From an uncultured Trueperaceae bacterium (GTDB lineage Bacteria; Deinococcota; Deinococci; Deinococcales; Trueperaceae): a stretch of DNA of 64,000 nucleotides. Position 1 is the stretch's first letter, and each line of letters starts with the position of its first letter. The notes beneath the pieces are model-generated. The model had not been told where the DNA came from. It ran no database searches and saw only the letters and a list, made by a program, of their open reading frames with translations. A program made the translations under genes and the position numbers. Shown one piece after another: positions 21,475 through 30,938 of this stretch. Where the stretch lies: positions 256,001 through 320,000 of the forward strand of contig CAVSGP010000002.1 of NCBI GenBank assembly GCA_963727505.1, written 5' to 3'.

Positions 21475-22632
21475 TCAGGACCCCCTAGAGGACGGGTGCC
21501 ATGCCGTCGTGAGGCGTTCGAAGAGCAGGATGGTCCCGTACAGAAGCATCGAAATGACGCTCGAGACCAGGATGGCCGCGAACACCACGTCAAAAGCGCC
21601 GCGGTGGGCGGACAGGCTGATGCGCTGGCCGAGCCCGTTGGGCGGGCCGGGGATCAGGAACTCGGCAACGATCACGCTCACGATGGCGATCACCACCGAG
21701 ATCTTCAGCGCATTGAAGACGAAGGGCAGCGAGTTCGGGAACCGCAGCGCCGTGAACACCTGCCGCGGCGTGGCCGCGTAGGCGCGGAGCAGATCGAGCC
21801 GCAAGGGGTCGACGCGCGTGAGGCCCTGCACAGTGTTGAGCACCACAGGGAAGAAGGTGACGATGACGACCACCGCCGCCTTCGACTGCCAGTCGACCCC
21901 GAACGCACGGCCCAGCACCGGCGCCAGGCCCACGATCGGCACCGCCCCGAACGCGGTAGCCAGCGGCAGGAACCCTCGCTGCAGGAAGCGACTCATCGCC
22001 ACGGACACGCCGGCCGTGTAGCCGGCGACGAGGCCGATGACGAAGCCCAGCAGCACCTCCTTCACGAAGGTGACGTAGCTGTCCTGCAACAACACCGGCC
22101 AGGAGGTGACCAGAGCGGTGAAGATGTCCGTCACGCGCGGGAAGATGCCCATGGGTACGCGGTACCCCACCACCAGCCCCTCCCACAACAGCAGGACCAC
22201 CAGCGGCACCATGGCCACGGGCAGGATGCGCTGCAGGCGCTTGTCGAACGGCGCCGTCTCAGGCCCCAGCGACGTCAGGCTCACGCGCCCGAGGGCCACC
22301 AGCGACGCCGCCACGAACCCCCCGAAGGCGGCCCAGTAGCCCCAGGCGCCGGGGCCTGCAAGCACTCGCTGGCCGAGCAGGCTGAGGAAGGCTCCCAGCA
22401 GCGCGACCGGAGCCAGCGCGGCAGCGCTCCGTAGGCGGCCGTCGATGGCCAGCACGACGGTGACGAGCCAGACGATGAGCGGCCACGCCCCCAGCCGCGC
22501 GAGCGCATCCGGGCCGCCCGCCGTGAGCGGGCCGAAGGTGCCCACCAGCGCCACCGCCAGGCACGCCAGCGCCGGCCACGTGGGGCGCCGGGCGCGGGCG
22601 CCTGCGACGACGCGGCGCGCGCGGCCGGTCAT
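21475..22632 (-). CDS. ABC transporter permease (SsuC/TauC-like) with extra N-terminal TM segments
   Basis: FFPVVLNTVQGL, EAA loop LRAYAATPRQVF..LRFP, VIVAEF. ATGA overlap at 22629-22632. Confidence 0.88.
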   Translation of the reverse strand: MTGRARRVVAGARARRPTWPALACLAVALVGTFGPLTAGGPDALARLGAWPLIVWLVTVVLAIDGRLRSAAALAPVALLGAFLSLLGQRVLAGPGAWGYWAAFGGFVAASLVALGRVSLTSLGPETAPFDKRLQRILPVAMVPLVVLLLWEGLVVGYRVPMGIFPRVTDIFTALVTSWPVLLQDSYVTFVKEVLLGFVIGLVAGYTAGVSVAMSRFLQRGFLPLATAFGAVPIVGLAPVLGRAFGVDWQSKAAVVVIVTFFPVVLNTVQGLTRVDPLRLDLLRAYAATPRQVFTALRFPNSLPFVFNALKISVVIAIVSVIVAEFLIPGPPNGLGQRISLSAHRGAFDVVFAAILVSSVISMLLYGTILLFERLTTAWHPSSRGS

Positions 22633-24485
22633 GGCCGGTCCCAAGGCGCCGTGACGCGCTGCACCAGCCCGACCAGCGCCACCAGCCCGATGCCCAGCGC
22701 CGCGGAGATCAGCAGCAGGATCCACAGGTCGGAGACGTTGCCAGCCTGCACCTGGCCGATGATGTCGTAACCGAGCCCGCGGCGGTTGTTGGATTCCGTC
22801 TCCGCCACCAGCGCCCCGACCAGGGCCGCTGCGGTGCCCAGCTTGAGGCTGGTGAAAAGGAACGGCACCGCCGCCGGGAAGCGCACCTTGAAGAACACCT
22901 GGAACGGGCTGGCGGCGTAGCTCTTCATGAGGTCGAGCGCCAGAGGGTCGACCGAGCGCAGGCCGGTGACGGTACCCACCGTGACCGGGAAGAACGCGAT
23001 GTACGCGCCGATCAGAGCCGTGGGGATGAGGCTCGTCTGGACGGTGATGCCGACGTTGCCGAGGACCAGCAGCAGCACCGGCACCAGCGCGATGATCGGC
23101 ACCGTCTGGGAGGCGATCACCCAGGGCAGGAGCGCCTGCTCGAGCGGCCGCAGGAACACGAACAACACCGCCAGCAGCACCCCGAAGGCTCCGCCGAGCA
23201 GCAGTGCCGACACCGTGCCGGCGGTGGTGTAGAGCACGCCGCGCACGATGTTGCGCTGGTCCGTGATGGGGTAGTGGGTGAAGTACGGCACCACACTCGC
23301 TGCGATCCAGTTGGGGAAGGGCACCGGGTGTTGCGGCATGCTGTAGAAACACTGCATCACCGTGCTGCCGCACGCGGGCCGCGCGTAGTAGGTGTAGTCG
23401 GCGGCCCACACCACGCTCCCCGGTTGCGGCGCCGCTGCCAGCGTGATGGTGCCCTCGCGCACGTCGCTGACAAGATAGTCGCGGTATTGACGCACCTCGG
23501 CGTTGCGCCGGGGCGGCGTGACGAAGGTGACGACCGGCCCGTCGCGCGTGTACTGGCTTCCGGGGGTCATGAGCTGGCCGTCCACGGTCACCAGGCCGCG
23601 GGAAGAGGCGAAGGTGAAGCGCGCGCGCTGACCGTCGACGCGTTCTCCCGTCCGCTCCGGCGTCGAAGACAGCGCCGTGCCGTCCACGTACACCTGGCGC
23701 GACGGATCCGTGTCGACAACGGGGGCGTGCGCGAAGGTGAAGGTGCGGTTGCTGCCGTCGACCGCGCCGCTGAGCCGCTCGGCGAGACGCACCGCGTCGT
23801 GGCCCACGCGCGGCCGGACGCTGGCAGGCCGGGCGAGCGCGACGAGACCCTTGGCCGGGTCGAGCACCGCGTAGTCGCCGGTGATGCGACGCACCTCGGC
23901 GTTGAAGGGGGGCGCCTGCGCGAACGTGACCTTGTCACCCTTGGCCTGGTAGTCCCGCCCCGGCACCAGCACCCGGTCGCCCACCACGATCGGGCCCGAG
24001 GCGTCATCGAAGCTGAAGGCGGTCGCGCGGCCGTCGGCGCGCTCGACGGAGTCGGCGGTACCGGCATGCAGCAGCTTTCCGCCGAGGTAGAGGGGCGCCG
24101 CGGCGTCGACGCCGGCGGGCAGGCGGTACTCCAGGCGGGCGCTGTCGAGAGGGCCCTCGAGCCCCGAGCCCAGCTGCACCACGGGACGCGCCGACGCGCC
24201 CTCGAGACGCACGGTCGCCCCGTCTTGCTGGTAGCGGGCGGCCAGCGGAGCGCCGTCACGCACCAGCACGCCGTTCGCCGGGGCGGCATCGAACCTCAGG
24301 CTGGTTCCGCCGTTCGGCACCTCGGCGACGGGCTGAGCGACGCTGGTGGCGGTGACCCAGTTGCTGAGATCATGCATGCGCTGGCGGGCCAACGGCAGGC
24401 CGAAGAGCAGCGCGATCGGGTAGCCCAGGGCGATGGTCGCCAGCATCACGGCGATCACGGGCCAGGCGCGCCGCAGCCAGCTCAT
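22629..24485 (-). CDS. ABC transporter permease with a ~330-aa extracytoplasmic repeated beta-domain insert
   Basis: N-terminal TM, long soluble region with internal repeats, then SQTVPIIALVP, FFPVTVGTVTGL, LMKSYAAS..FFKVRFP, GALVAE. Confidence 0.88.
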   Translation of the reverse strand: MSWLRRAWPVIAVMLATIALGYPIALLFGLPLARQRMHDLSNWVTATSVAQPVAEVPNGGTSLRFDAAPANGVLVRDGAPLAARYQQDGATVRLEGASARPVVQLGSGLEGPLDSARLEYRLPAGVDAAAPLYLGGKLLHAGTADSVERADGRATAFSFDDASGPIVVGDRVLVPGRDYQAKGDKVTFAQAPPFNAEVRRITGDYAVLDPAKGLVALARPASVRPRVGHDAVRLAERLSGAVDGSNRTFTFAHAPVVDTDPSRQVYVDGTALSSTPERTGERVDGQRARFTFASSRGLVTVDGQLMTPGSQYTRDGPVVTFVTPPRRNAEVRQYRDYLVSDVREGTITLAAAPQPGSVVWAADYTYYARPACGSTVMQCFYSMPQHPVPFPNWIAASVVPYFTHYPITDQRNIVRGVLYTTAGTVSALLLGGAFGVLLAVLFVFLRPLEQALLPWVIASQTVPIIALVPVLLLVLGNVGITVQTSLIPTALIGAYIAFFPVTVGTVTGLRSVDPLALDLMKSYAASPFQVFFKVRFPAAVPFLFTSLKLGTAAALVGALVAETESNNRRGLGYDIIGQVQAGNVSDLWILLLISAALGIGLVALVGLVQRVTAPWDRP

Positions 24486-25537
24486 GGCGCCACGGCGCCC
24501 CCATCGCTCCCCGGACCGCCTTCGGGGCCCTTGACCGCCACGGTTGCCGCGGCCTGACCCAGGCGTAGCGCCTCGCGCACCTCCGTGGTGAGCTGGAAGA
24601 AGCGCTCGGACTCACGCGACTCGGGCGAGCGCGGGTAGGGCAGGTCGACGTCGATGATCTTCTGGATGCGTCCGGGCCGGGCCGTCATCACCACGATGCG
24701 CGAGGACAGGAACACCGCCTCGGCGATCGAGTGCGTCACGAAGAGCACCGTCTTGCCGGTCTGCCCCCAGATGCGCAGCAGCTCGTGGTTCATGGTCTCG
24801 CGCGTGATCTCGTCCAGGGCGCCGAAGGGCTCATCCATGAGCAGCAACCTGGGATCGAACGCCAGCGCTCGGGCGATGGAGACACGCTGCTGCATGCCCC
24901 CGGAGAGCTGCCATGGGTACTGGCGATGGAAGTTCTCCAGTCCCACCATGGCGAGTAGCTCCGCCGCCCGCTCACCACGCTCGGCGCGCGGGAAGCCCAT
25001 GATCTCGAGCGGCAGGGTGACGTTGGCGACCACCGTGCGCCAGTCGTAGAGCACGGGCGCCTGGAATACGAAGCCGTACTCGCGCGCCTCGCGCGCTTCA
25101 GGTGCGCTCTTGCCCGCCACCTCGAGCGTGCCGGAGGTGGGCTGGATGAGGTCCGCCACCAGTCTGAGCAGGGTGGTCTTGCCGCATCCAGACGGGCCGA
25201 TGAGGCTCACGAACTCACCCTGATACACCTCCAGATCAGCATCCTTGAGCGCCACCGCCTCCACGCTGCGGACGCGGTAGGTCTTGCACACCTTGTCTGC
25301 TCGGATGACCACCGGCCGTGCGTTGGTCGCCGCCGTGTCGGGTGAAGCCGGTACCGATGCGGGAGCGTCTCCCGCCGCCGCACCGTCCCTCGCGCCGGCC
25401 GGCACCTCCGGCCCGGGGGCGGTGGACGGGCTCCGGACCTCGGCCCTGGCCGCTGCCCGGCGGACGGGCGTGGGTTCGGATCGGCTCGACAAGATCGCTT
25501 CCTCCTCCGGGATGAGCACGTCGGGCGGCGAGATCAA
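24482..25537 (-). CDS. ABC transporter ATP-binding protein (TauB/SsuB-like)
   Basis: GPSGCGKT, LSGGMQQR, LLLMDEPFGALD, FVTHS. Confidence 0.95.
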   Translation of the reverse strand: MISPPDVLIPEEEAILSSRSEPTPVRRAAARAEVRSPSTAPGPEVPAGARDGAAAGDAPASVPASPDTAATNARPVVIRADKVCKTYRVRSVEAVALKDADLEVYQGEFVSLIGPSGCGKTTLLRLVADLIQPTSGTLEVAGKSAPEAREAREYGFVFQAPVLYDWRTVVANVTLPLEIMGFPRAERGERAAELLAMVGLENFHRQYPWQLSGGMQQRVSIARALAFDPRLLLMDEPFGALDEITRETMNHELLRIWGQTGKTVLFVTHSIAEAVFLSSRIVVMTARPGRIQKIIDVDLPYPRSPESRESERFFQLTTEVREALRLGQAAATVAVKGPEGGPGSDGGAVAP

Positions 25538-26916
25538 CGGTGAACTGGGGGCCGCCGGAGCATGCGGCCGCGCTTGGGATCGCCGACGAAGGCGCCATCG
25601 CGGACGGCGACCTTCCCGCGCACCGTGACGACGCTCGGGCGGCCGTCGATCTCCATGCCTTCGAATCCGTTGTAGTCGACGATCATGGTCTGCCTGGCGG
25701 CGCTCAGCTTGCCGCGGTAGGTGGGGTCGTACACCACCAGGTCGCCGTCGCTACCCACCGCCACGGTGCCCTTGCGGGGGAACAGGCCGAAGGTCTTGGC
25801 GGCGCGCGTGGAAGCGGCGTCGACGAAGCGGTGGATGTCGAGGGCGCCGCGACTGACCCCGTACGTGTACAGCAGGTTGACGCGATCCTCGATCGCGGGG
25901 ATGCCGTTGGGGATCTTCGTGAAGTCGTCCTTGCCCATGTCCTTCTGGCCGTGGAAGTCGAAAGGCGCATGGTCGGTCCCGACGGTGTCGATGAGTCCGT
26001 GCTCGAGCGCGCGCCACAGCGCGGCCTGGTCGGCCTTGGTGCGCAGCGGCGGTGACATGACGTACTTGGCGCCCTCGAAGTCGGGCCTCTGCGCGTAGCT
26101 CTCGTCGAGGATGAGGTGCGGGATGACCGATTCGATGGTCAGCGACACCCCGCGAAGCTTGGCGGCCAGGGCGGCTTCGAGCGAGGCGGCGTTGGAGAGA
26201 TGGACGACGTAGCCGTGCGCCCCGGTCATCTCCACGAAGCTGGCGAAGTGGTGGGTGCCCTCGGCTTCGACCCCCACCGGCCGGCTGGGCTCGTGGAAGC
26301 CGGGCCCGGTCTTGCCCTGCGCCAGCAGCATCTGCTGGCGGCGCGCCACCAGCTCAGCGTTCTCGCAGTGTGCGGCCACCACCACGCCCAGCTCGCGCGC
26401 CAGCTCGAGGGTCTGATAGAGCTCGTCGTCGCTGACGTCGAGCGCCCCCTTGTACGCGAGGAACACCTTGAACGACGTCGTGCCGTCGGCGACGATCTGG
26501 CGGAGTTGCGCGGCGGTGTCTTCCTTGAAGTGCGTGACGCCGAGGTGGAAGGCGTAGTCGCAGGCGCTGTTGCCGTCCGCCTTCGAGGTCCACTCCTCGT
26601 ACGCTTCCAGAGCGGGCTGCGTCGGCCCGCCCGCGACCATCTCGATGAAGGTGGTGGTGCCGCCGACCAGCGCCGCCTGGCTCCCGGCGGTGTGGGAGTC
26701 CTTGGTCACCGTGCCCATGAACGGCAGGTAGATGTGCACGTGAGGATCGATGAAGCCCGGGAAGACGTACTTGCCGGAGGCGTCGATGACCTCGGCGTCC
26801 GGGGGTGCTTCCAGGTCCCTCCCGATACGGGTGATGGTCTCGTCCTCGCAGTAGATGTCGGCGGTGGTGCGCCCGTCGGCCGTGATGATGTCGCCGTTCT
26901 TGATCAGCAAGCTCAC
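25534..26916 (-). CDS. hydA: Dihydropyrimidinase
   Basis: PGFIDPHVH, GGTTT, SFKVFLAY, HCEN, VVHLS, MSPPLR, GTDHAPF, KIPNG. Confidence 0.95.
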   Translation of the reverse strand: MSLLIKNGDIITADGRTTADIYCEDETITRIGRDLEAPPDAEVIDASGKYVFPGFIDPHVHIYLPFMGTVTKDSHTAGSQAALVGGTTTFIEMVAGGPTQPALEAYEEWTSKADGNSACDYAFHLGVTHFKEDTAAQLRQIVADGTTSFKVFLAYKGALDVSDDELYQTLELARELGVVVAAHCENAELVARRQQMLLAQGKTGPGFHEPSRPVGVEAEGTHHFASFVEMTGAHGYVVHLSNAASLEAALAAKLRGVSLTIESVIPHLILDESYAQRPDFEGAKYVMSPPLRTKADQAALWRALEHGLIDTVGTDHAPFDFHGQKDMGKDDFTKIPNGIPAIEDRVNLLYTYGVSRGALDIHRFVDAASTRAAKTFGLFPRKGTVAVGSDGDLVVYDPTYRGKLSAARQTMIVDYNGFEGMEIDGRPSVVTVRGKVAVRDGAFVGDPKRGRMLRRPPVHR

Positions 26917-26968
26917 GTCATGATCCTCCCGCTCGTCGCATGCCGGGCCGGCCGTGCCGGGTCCGGCG

Positions 26969-28324
26969 TCAATGGATGTCGATGCCCGTCTCCCGCCGGT
27001 ACCGCTGCATCGCCTCCCACTCGGTGGTGACGTCGGGGCGGTCTCGTACGAGTTCGTTCCAGGTGACCTCGGGCCGGCCCGATTCGACGGGCACCATGGT
27101 GATGCAGCCGTCCACGGGGCACACCAGCGAGCACAGGTCGCACCCGACGCAGTCGTCCTCGCGCACCCGCGGCTGCGGCTTGACGCCGGCGGAGAGCGTG
27201 TCGGGGTCGATGCGCGCGCCGTCGACGGTCAGGTCGATGCACTGATGGGCGCCCTCGTCGCAGGCCACGTAGCAGAGGTTGCACTGGATGCACGTCGTCT
27301 CGTCGATGCGCGCCACCGTCTTGAACGACAGGTCGAAATCGCCGAAGGAGGAGATGCGGGGCACCGAGGCGCCAACCAGGTCCGCCGCCGACGCCGCGCC
27401 CTTCTCGTCGAGCCAGTTGGAGAGGCCGTCGACGAGGTCCTCGATGATCCGGAAGCCGTAATGCATGACCGCCGTGCAGACCTGTACGTTGCTCGCTCCC
27501 AGCAGGAGGAACTCAGCTGCGTCGCGCCACGTCTGCACACCGCCGATGCCGGAGATGGGCAGCCCGCCCTCCGCGAACCGCGCGTCCGCCGCGACCGCCG
27601 AGAGCATGTGCAACGCGATGGGTCGTACCGCGGGACCGGCGAAGCCGCCGTGGCCGCCCTTGCCGCCGACGTTGGGGCGGATCTCGAGGGTGTCGAGGTC
27701 GACGCCGACGATGGAGTTGATGGTGTTGATCAGCGAGACCGCATCGGCGCCGCCGGCCAGGGCCGCGCGCGCTGGCGGCACGATGTCGGTCACGTTGGGC
27801 GTGAGCTTGACGATGACGGGGATGGAGGCCGCATCGGTCACCCACCCCGTGATCATGGTGCAGTACTCCGGCACCTGGCCGACCGCCGAGCCCATGCCGC
27901 GCTCGGACATGCCGTGTGGGCACCCGTAATTGAGCTCGATGCCGTCGGCGCCTGTGTCCTCGATGCGCTGCACGATCTCGCTCCACGCCTCCGGGGTGGA
28001 CTCGACCATCGCCGAGACGATCACCGCACGGTCCGGCCACAGGTCCTTGACCTCTTTGATCTCGCGCAGGTTGACCTCGAGTGGACGGTCGCTGATGAGC
28101 TCGATGTTGTTGATCGCCACCAGTTTGTGGGCACCGTACTCGAACGCGCCGTAGCGGTTGCATACGTTCAACACGGGCGCGCCGATGGTCTTCCAGACGG
28201 CGCCGCCCCAGCCGTACTCGAAGGCCTTGTTGACCTGGTAGGCGCTGTTGGTGGGCGGCGCCGAAGCCAGCCAGAAGGGGTTGGGGCTGGCGATGCCGGC
28301 GAAGGTGCTGGTGAGGTCAGCCAT
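26969..28324 (-). CDS. preA: NAD-dependent dihydropyrimidine dehydrogenase subunit PreA
   Basis: NPFWLASAPPT, NNIELISDR, ELNYGCPHGMSERGMGSAVGQ, KLTPNVT, two C-terminal 4Fe-4S motifs. Confidence 0.95.
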   Translation of the reverse strand: MADLTSTFAGIASPNPFWLASAPPTNSAYQVNKAFEYGWGGAVWKTIGAPVLNVCNRYGAFEYGAHKLVAINNIELISDRPLEVNLREIKEVKDLWPDRAVIVSAMVESTPEAWSEIVQRIEDTGADGIELNYGCPHGMSERGMGSAVGQVPEYCTMITGWVTDAASIPVIVKLTPNVTDIVPPARAALAGGADAVSLINTINSIVGVDLDTLEIRPNVGGKGGHGGFAGPAVRPIALHMLSAVAADARFAEGGLPISGIGGVQTWRDAAEFLLLGASNVQVCTAVMHYGFRIIEDLVDGLSNWLDEKGAASAADLVGASVPRISSFGDFDLSFKTVARIDETTCIQCNLCYVACDEGAHQCIDLTVDGARIDPDTLSAGVKPQPRVREDDCVGCDLCSLVCPVDGCITMVPVESGRPEVTWNELVRDRPDVTTEWEAMQRYRRETGIDIH

Positions 28325-29801
28325 CGCGGCCCCCGTGCGCGGCGGCGCCCTCGCCCTTGCGGGGTGGCACGAACGCATCGCTGTGCTCCCTGCCCGCCCG
28401 GCCTGCGCCGGATCGGCTCACGCCTCTGGGGAGCTCGCGGCCGAGCGGGGCCACCCCGAGTGCCTCCGCGATGCCTTGCGCCGCGATCTTGCCGTCCTGC
28501 GCGGCGGTGACGGTAAGGGCGTGACCGCTCAGGCGGACGCAGTCACCGCCGGCGAAGACCTTGGGATTGGAGGTGCGGAGCCGTTCGTCCACCTTGACGT
28601 AGCCGTGCTCGGTGTCGACTCCGAACGCCTCGAACAGCGGTGCGAGCTTGCTCTGCCCGATGGCCTTGATGACCTGGTCGCAGGGCAGCACGAACTCGCT
28701 GCCCGGTACGGGCGTCACGCGGCGCCGCCCGTCGCTGCCGGCCGGGCCGAGCTCCATGCGCACGCAACGCAACCCGGTCACCTTGCCGTCCTCGCCCAGC
28801 AACTCGACGGGTTGGGCCAGCAGCCTGAACTCCACGCCTTCGTTGCGCACGAAGGCTACCTCGAAGTCGTAGGCCGGCATCTCGTGGTCGCTGCGGCGGT
28901 AGGCGATCGTGACCGACGCGGCGCCGAGCCGCCTGGCTACGGTGGCGGCATCGATGGCGGTGTTGCCCGCACCGATGACGATGACGCGGTCTCCGACCGG
29001 CAGGTCGAGCAGCCGCTCGAGCCCGTCCTTCTCGGCCAGCTTGGTCTGGGCGATGAACGAAAGCGCTTCGATCACGCCGTCCAGGTCCTCCCCAGGGATG
29101 CCGAGATCGGGCACCGAGCCGGTGCCGGCGGCCAGGAACACGGCGTCGTAGGAGGCCAGCAGCTCGTCTGCCGGAACGTCCTTGCCGACCTGTAGGCCGG
29201 TACGCATCTCGGCGCCGAGTCGCTCGATGAACTCGACCTCTTCCAGCGACACGCGGATCGGCTCGCGCAGCGTCACGATGCCGAATGTCGACAGGCCGCC
29301 GGGAAGCTCCTGCTTCTCGAACACCGTCGCATGGATGCCGCGCCGGGCCAGCTCGCCGGCGCAGCTGAGGCCCGCGGGTCCGGCGCCGACGATGGCGACG
29401 CGCTTGCCGCTGTCGGGCGGCCGTTCGAAGGGCATGCGGCCACTCTCGTAGAGGGCGTCCGTGGCGTAGCGTTGCAGCCTGCCGATGGCGATGGGACGGT
29501 GCTCGGCGCCGAGCACGCAGGCGCCCACGCACAACTCGTCCACCGGGCACACACGGCCGCAGGAGTGCCCGATGAGGTTCGACTCGAGGATGGTGGTGGC
29601 CGCGCCCAGCACATTGCCGGTGCCGATCTTGCGGATGAAGGTGGGCACGTCGATGCCGGTTGGGCAGGCACGGATGCAGGGCGCGTCGAAGCAGTACAGA
29701 CAGCGATCCGCCTCCACGACCGCCTCGTGCGGCGTGAACGGCGGGTTCGTCTCGCTGAACCGGTCGCGCAACTGGTCCAGGGTCAGCTCGGTCTCACGCA
29801 T
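28317..29801 (-). CDS. preT: Dihydropyrimidine dehydrogenase subunit PreT (GltD-like)
   Basis: EADRCLYCFDAPCIRACPTGIDVP, CGRVCP, GAGPAG, GAGNTAID. Adjacent to preA. Confidence 0.9.
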   Translation of the reverse strand: MRETELTLDQLRDRFSETNPPFTPHEAVVEADRCLYCFDAPCIRACPTGIDVPTFIRKIGTGNVLGAATTILESNLIGHSCGRVCPVDELCVGACVLGAEHRPIAIGRLQRYATDALYESGRMPFERPPDSGKRVAIVGAGPAGLSCAGELARRGIHATVFEKQELPGGLSTFGIVTLREPIRVSLEEVEFIERLGAEMRTGLQVGKDVPADELLASYDAVFLAAGTGSVPDLGIPGEDLDGVIEALSFIAQTKLAEKDGLERLLDLPVGDRVIVIGAGNTAIDAATVARRLGAASVTIAYRRSDHEMPAYDFEVAFVRNEGVEFRLLAQPVELLGEDGKVTGLRCVRMELGPAGSDGRRRVTPVPGSEFVLPCDQVIKAIGQSKLAPLFEAFGVDTEHGYVKVDERLRTSNPKVFAGGDCVRLSGHALTVTAAQDGKIAAQGIAEALGVAPLGRELPRGVSRSGAGRAGREHSDAFVPPRKGEGAAAHGGRDG

Positions 29802-29864
29802 AGGGCTCCTCGCTCCGGAATCGGTGCACCGTGTTCGTGTGCCGAGAACTTCGCGGCCGGCTCC

Positions 29865-30731
29865 TCAGGGCGCCACCAGCTCGCCGTAGGCCTCGGGCCG
29901 GCGGTCGCGGTAGAACTGCCAGAGGTCGCGAACCTCGCGGATCATGTCCATGTCGAGGTCCGCGACGATCAGCTCGTCGTCGGTGCGACTGCCCTCCGCC
30001 ACGATCTGACCCCGGGGGTTCACGAAGTACGACTGACCGTAGAACTCGCCGATATCCCAAGGCTTCTCGTGGCCGACGCGGTTGATGGCCCCGACGAAGT
30101 AGCCGTTGGCGACGGCGTGGGCCGGTTGCTCGAGTTTCCAGAGGTATTCCGAGAGGCCGGCAACGGTGGCCGACGGGTTGAACACGATCTCGGCGCCGTT
30201 GAGCCCCAGCGCACGCGCGCCTTCGGGGAAGTGGCGGTCGTAGCAGATGTACACGCCGATCTTGCCGACGGCGGTCTCGAACACCGGGTAGCCGAGGTTG
30301 CCGGGCTTGAAGAAGAACTTCTCGAAGAAGCCGGCGACCTGCGGGATGTGGGTCTTCCGGTACTTGCCGAGGTAGCGCCCGTCCGCGTCGATGACGGCGG
30401 CCGTGTTGTAGTAGAGGCCGGCCATCTCCTCTTCGTAGATGGGCACGATCATGACCATCCCGTACTGCTTCGCCAGCTCCATCATCATCTGCGTGGTGGG
30501 GCCGTCGGGCATCGGCTCGGCCGTCTCGTACCACTTCGAGTCCTGCGACGGGCAGAAGTACGGGCCGTAGAAGATCTCCTGCAGGCACAGGACCTGCACG
30601 CCCTTCCGGCCGGCTTCCTCGATCATCGGGATGTGCTTGTCCATCATCGCCTTCTTGATGGCGTGGAGGTCGTCGTCGCCCGGGATGGGGTTCGAAGCCT
30701 GGATCAAGCCGCCCTTTACGGTGCGCGCCAT
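29865..30731 (-). CDS. Beta-ureidopropionase (nitrilase superfamily)
   Basis: CLQEIFYGPYFC, KYRKTHIP, EKFFFKPG, ICYDRHFPE (E-K-C triad). Pathway context. Confidence 0.9.
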   Translation of the reverse strand: MARTVKGGLIQASNPIPGDDDLHAIKKAMMDKHIPMIEEAGRKGVQVLCLQEIFYGPYFCPSQDSKWYETAEPMPDGPTTQMMMELAKQYGMVMIVPIYEEEMAGLYYNTAAVIDADGRYLGKYRKTHIPQVAGFFEKFFFKPGNLGYPVFETAVGKIGVYICYDRHFPEGARALGLNGAEIVFNPSATVAGLSEYLWKLEQPAHAVANGYFVGAINRVGHEKPWDIGEFYGQSYFVNPRGQIVAEGSRTDDELIVADLDMDMIREVRDLWQFYRDRRPEAYGELVAP

Positions 30732-30824
30732 GCGCTCTCCTTCCGTGCACCGGCCGTGTGCCGGCCCGCTATGGGAATCTTGTCGCTGCCGCGGCGCCGC
30801 TGCCAGGGTGACTCACCGGCGCCG

Positions 30825-30844
30825 GTCTGCACAATTATACAGAC
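30825..30844 (-). promoter_or_regulatory. Internal promoter -10 (TATAAT) inside an operator-like palindrome
   Basis: Minus strand GTCTGTATAATTGTGCAGAC, 8/10 inverted repeat, ~95 nt before the ureidopropionase start. Confidence 0.6.
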
Positions 30845-30938
30845 GCTTGAGATTTCACGCAGGGACGATGCGGCCGGCCGGCTGCGCCGTCCCCCGACTC
30901 ACCTCCTTCCTGGTTCCCGCGTCGCGTGCGGCACGAGC

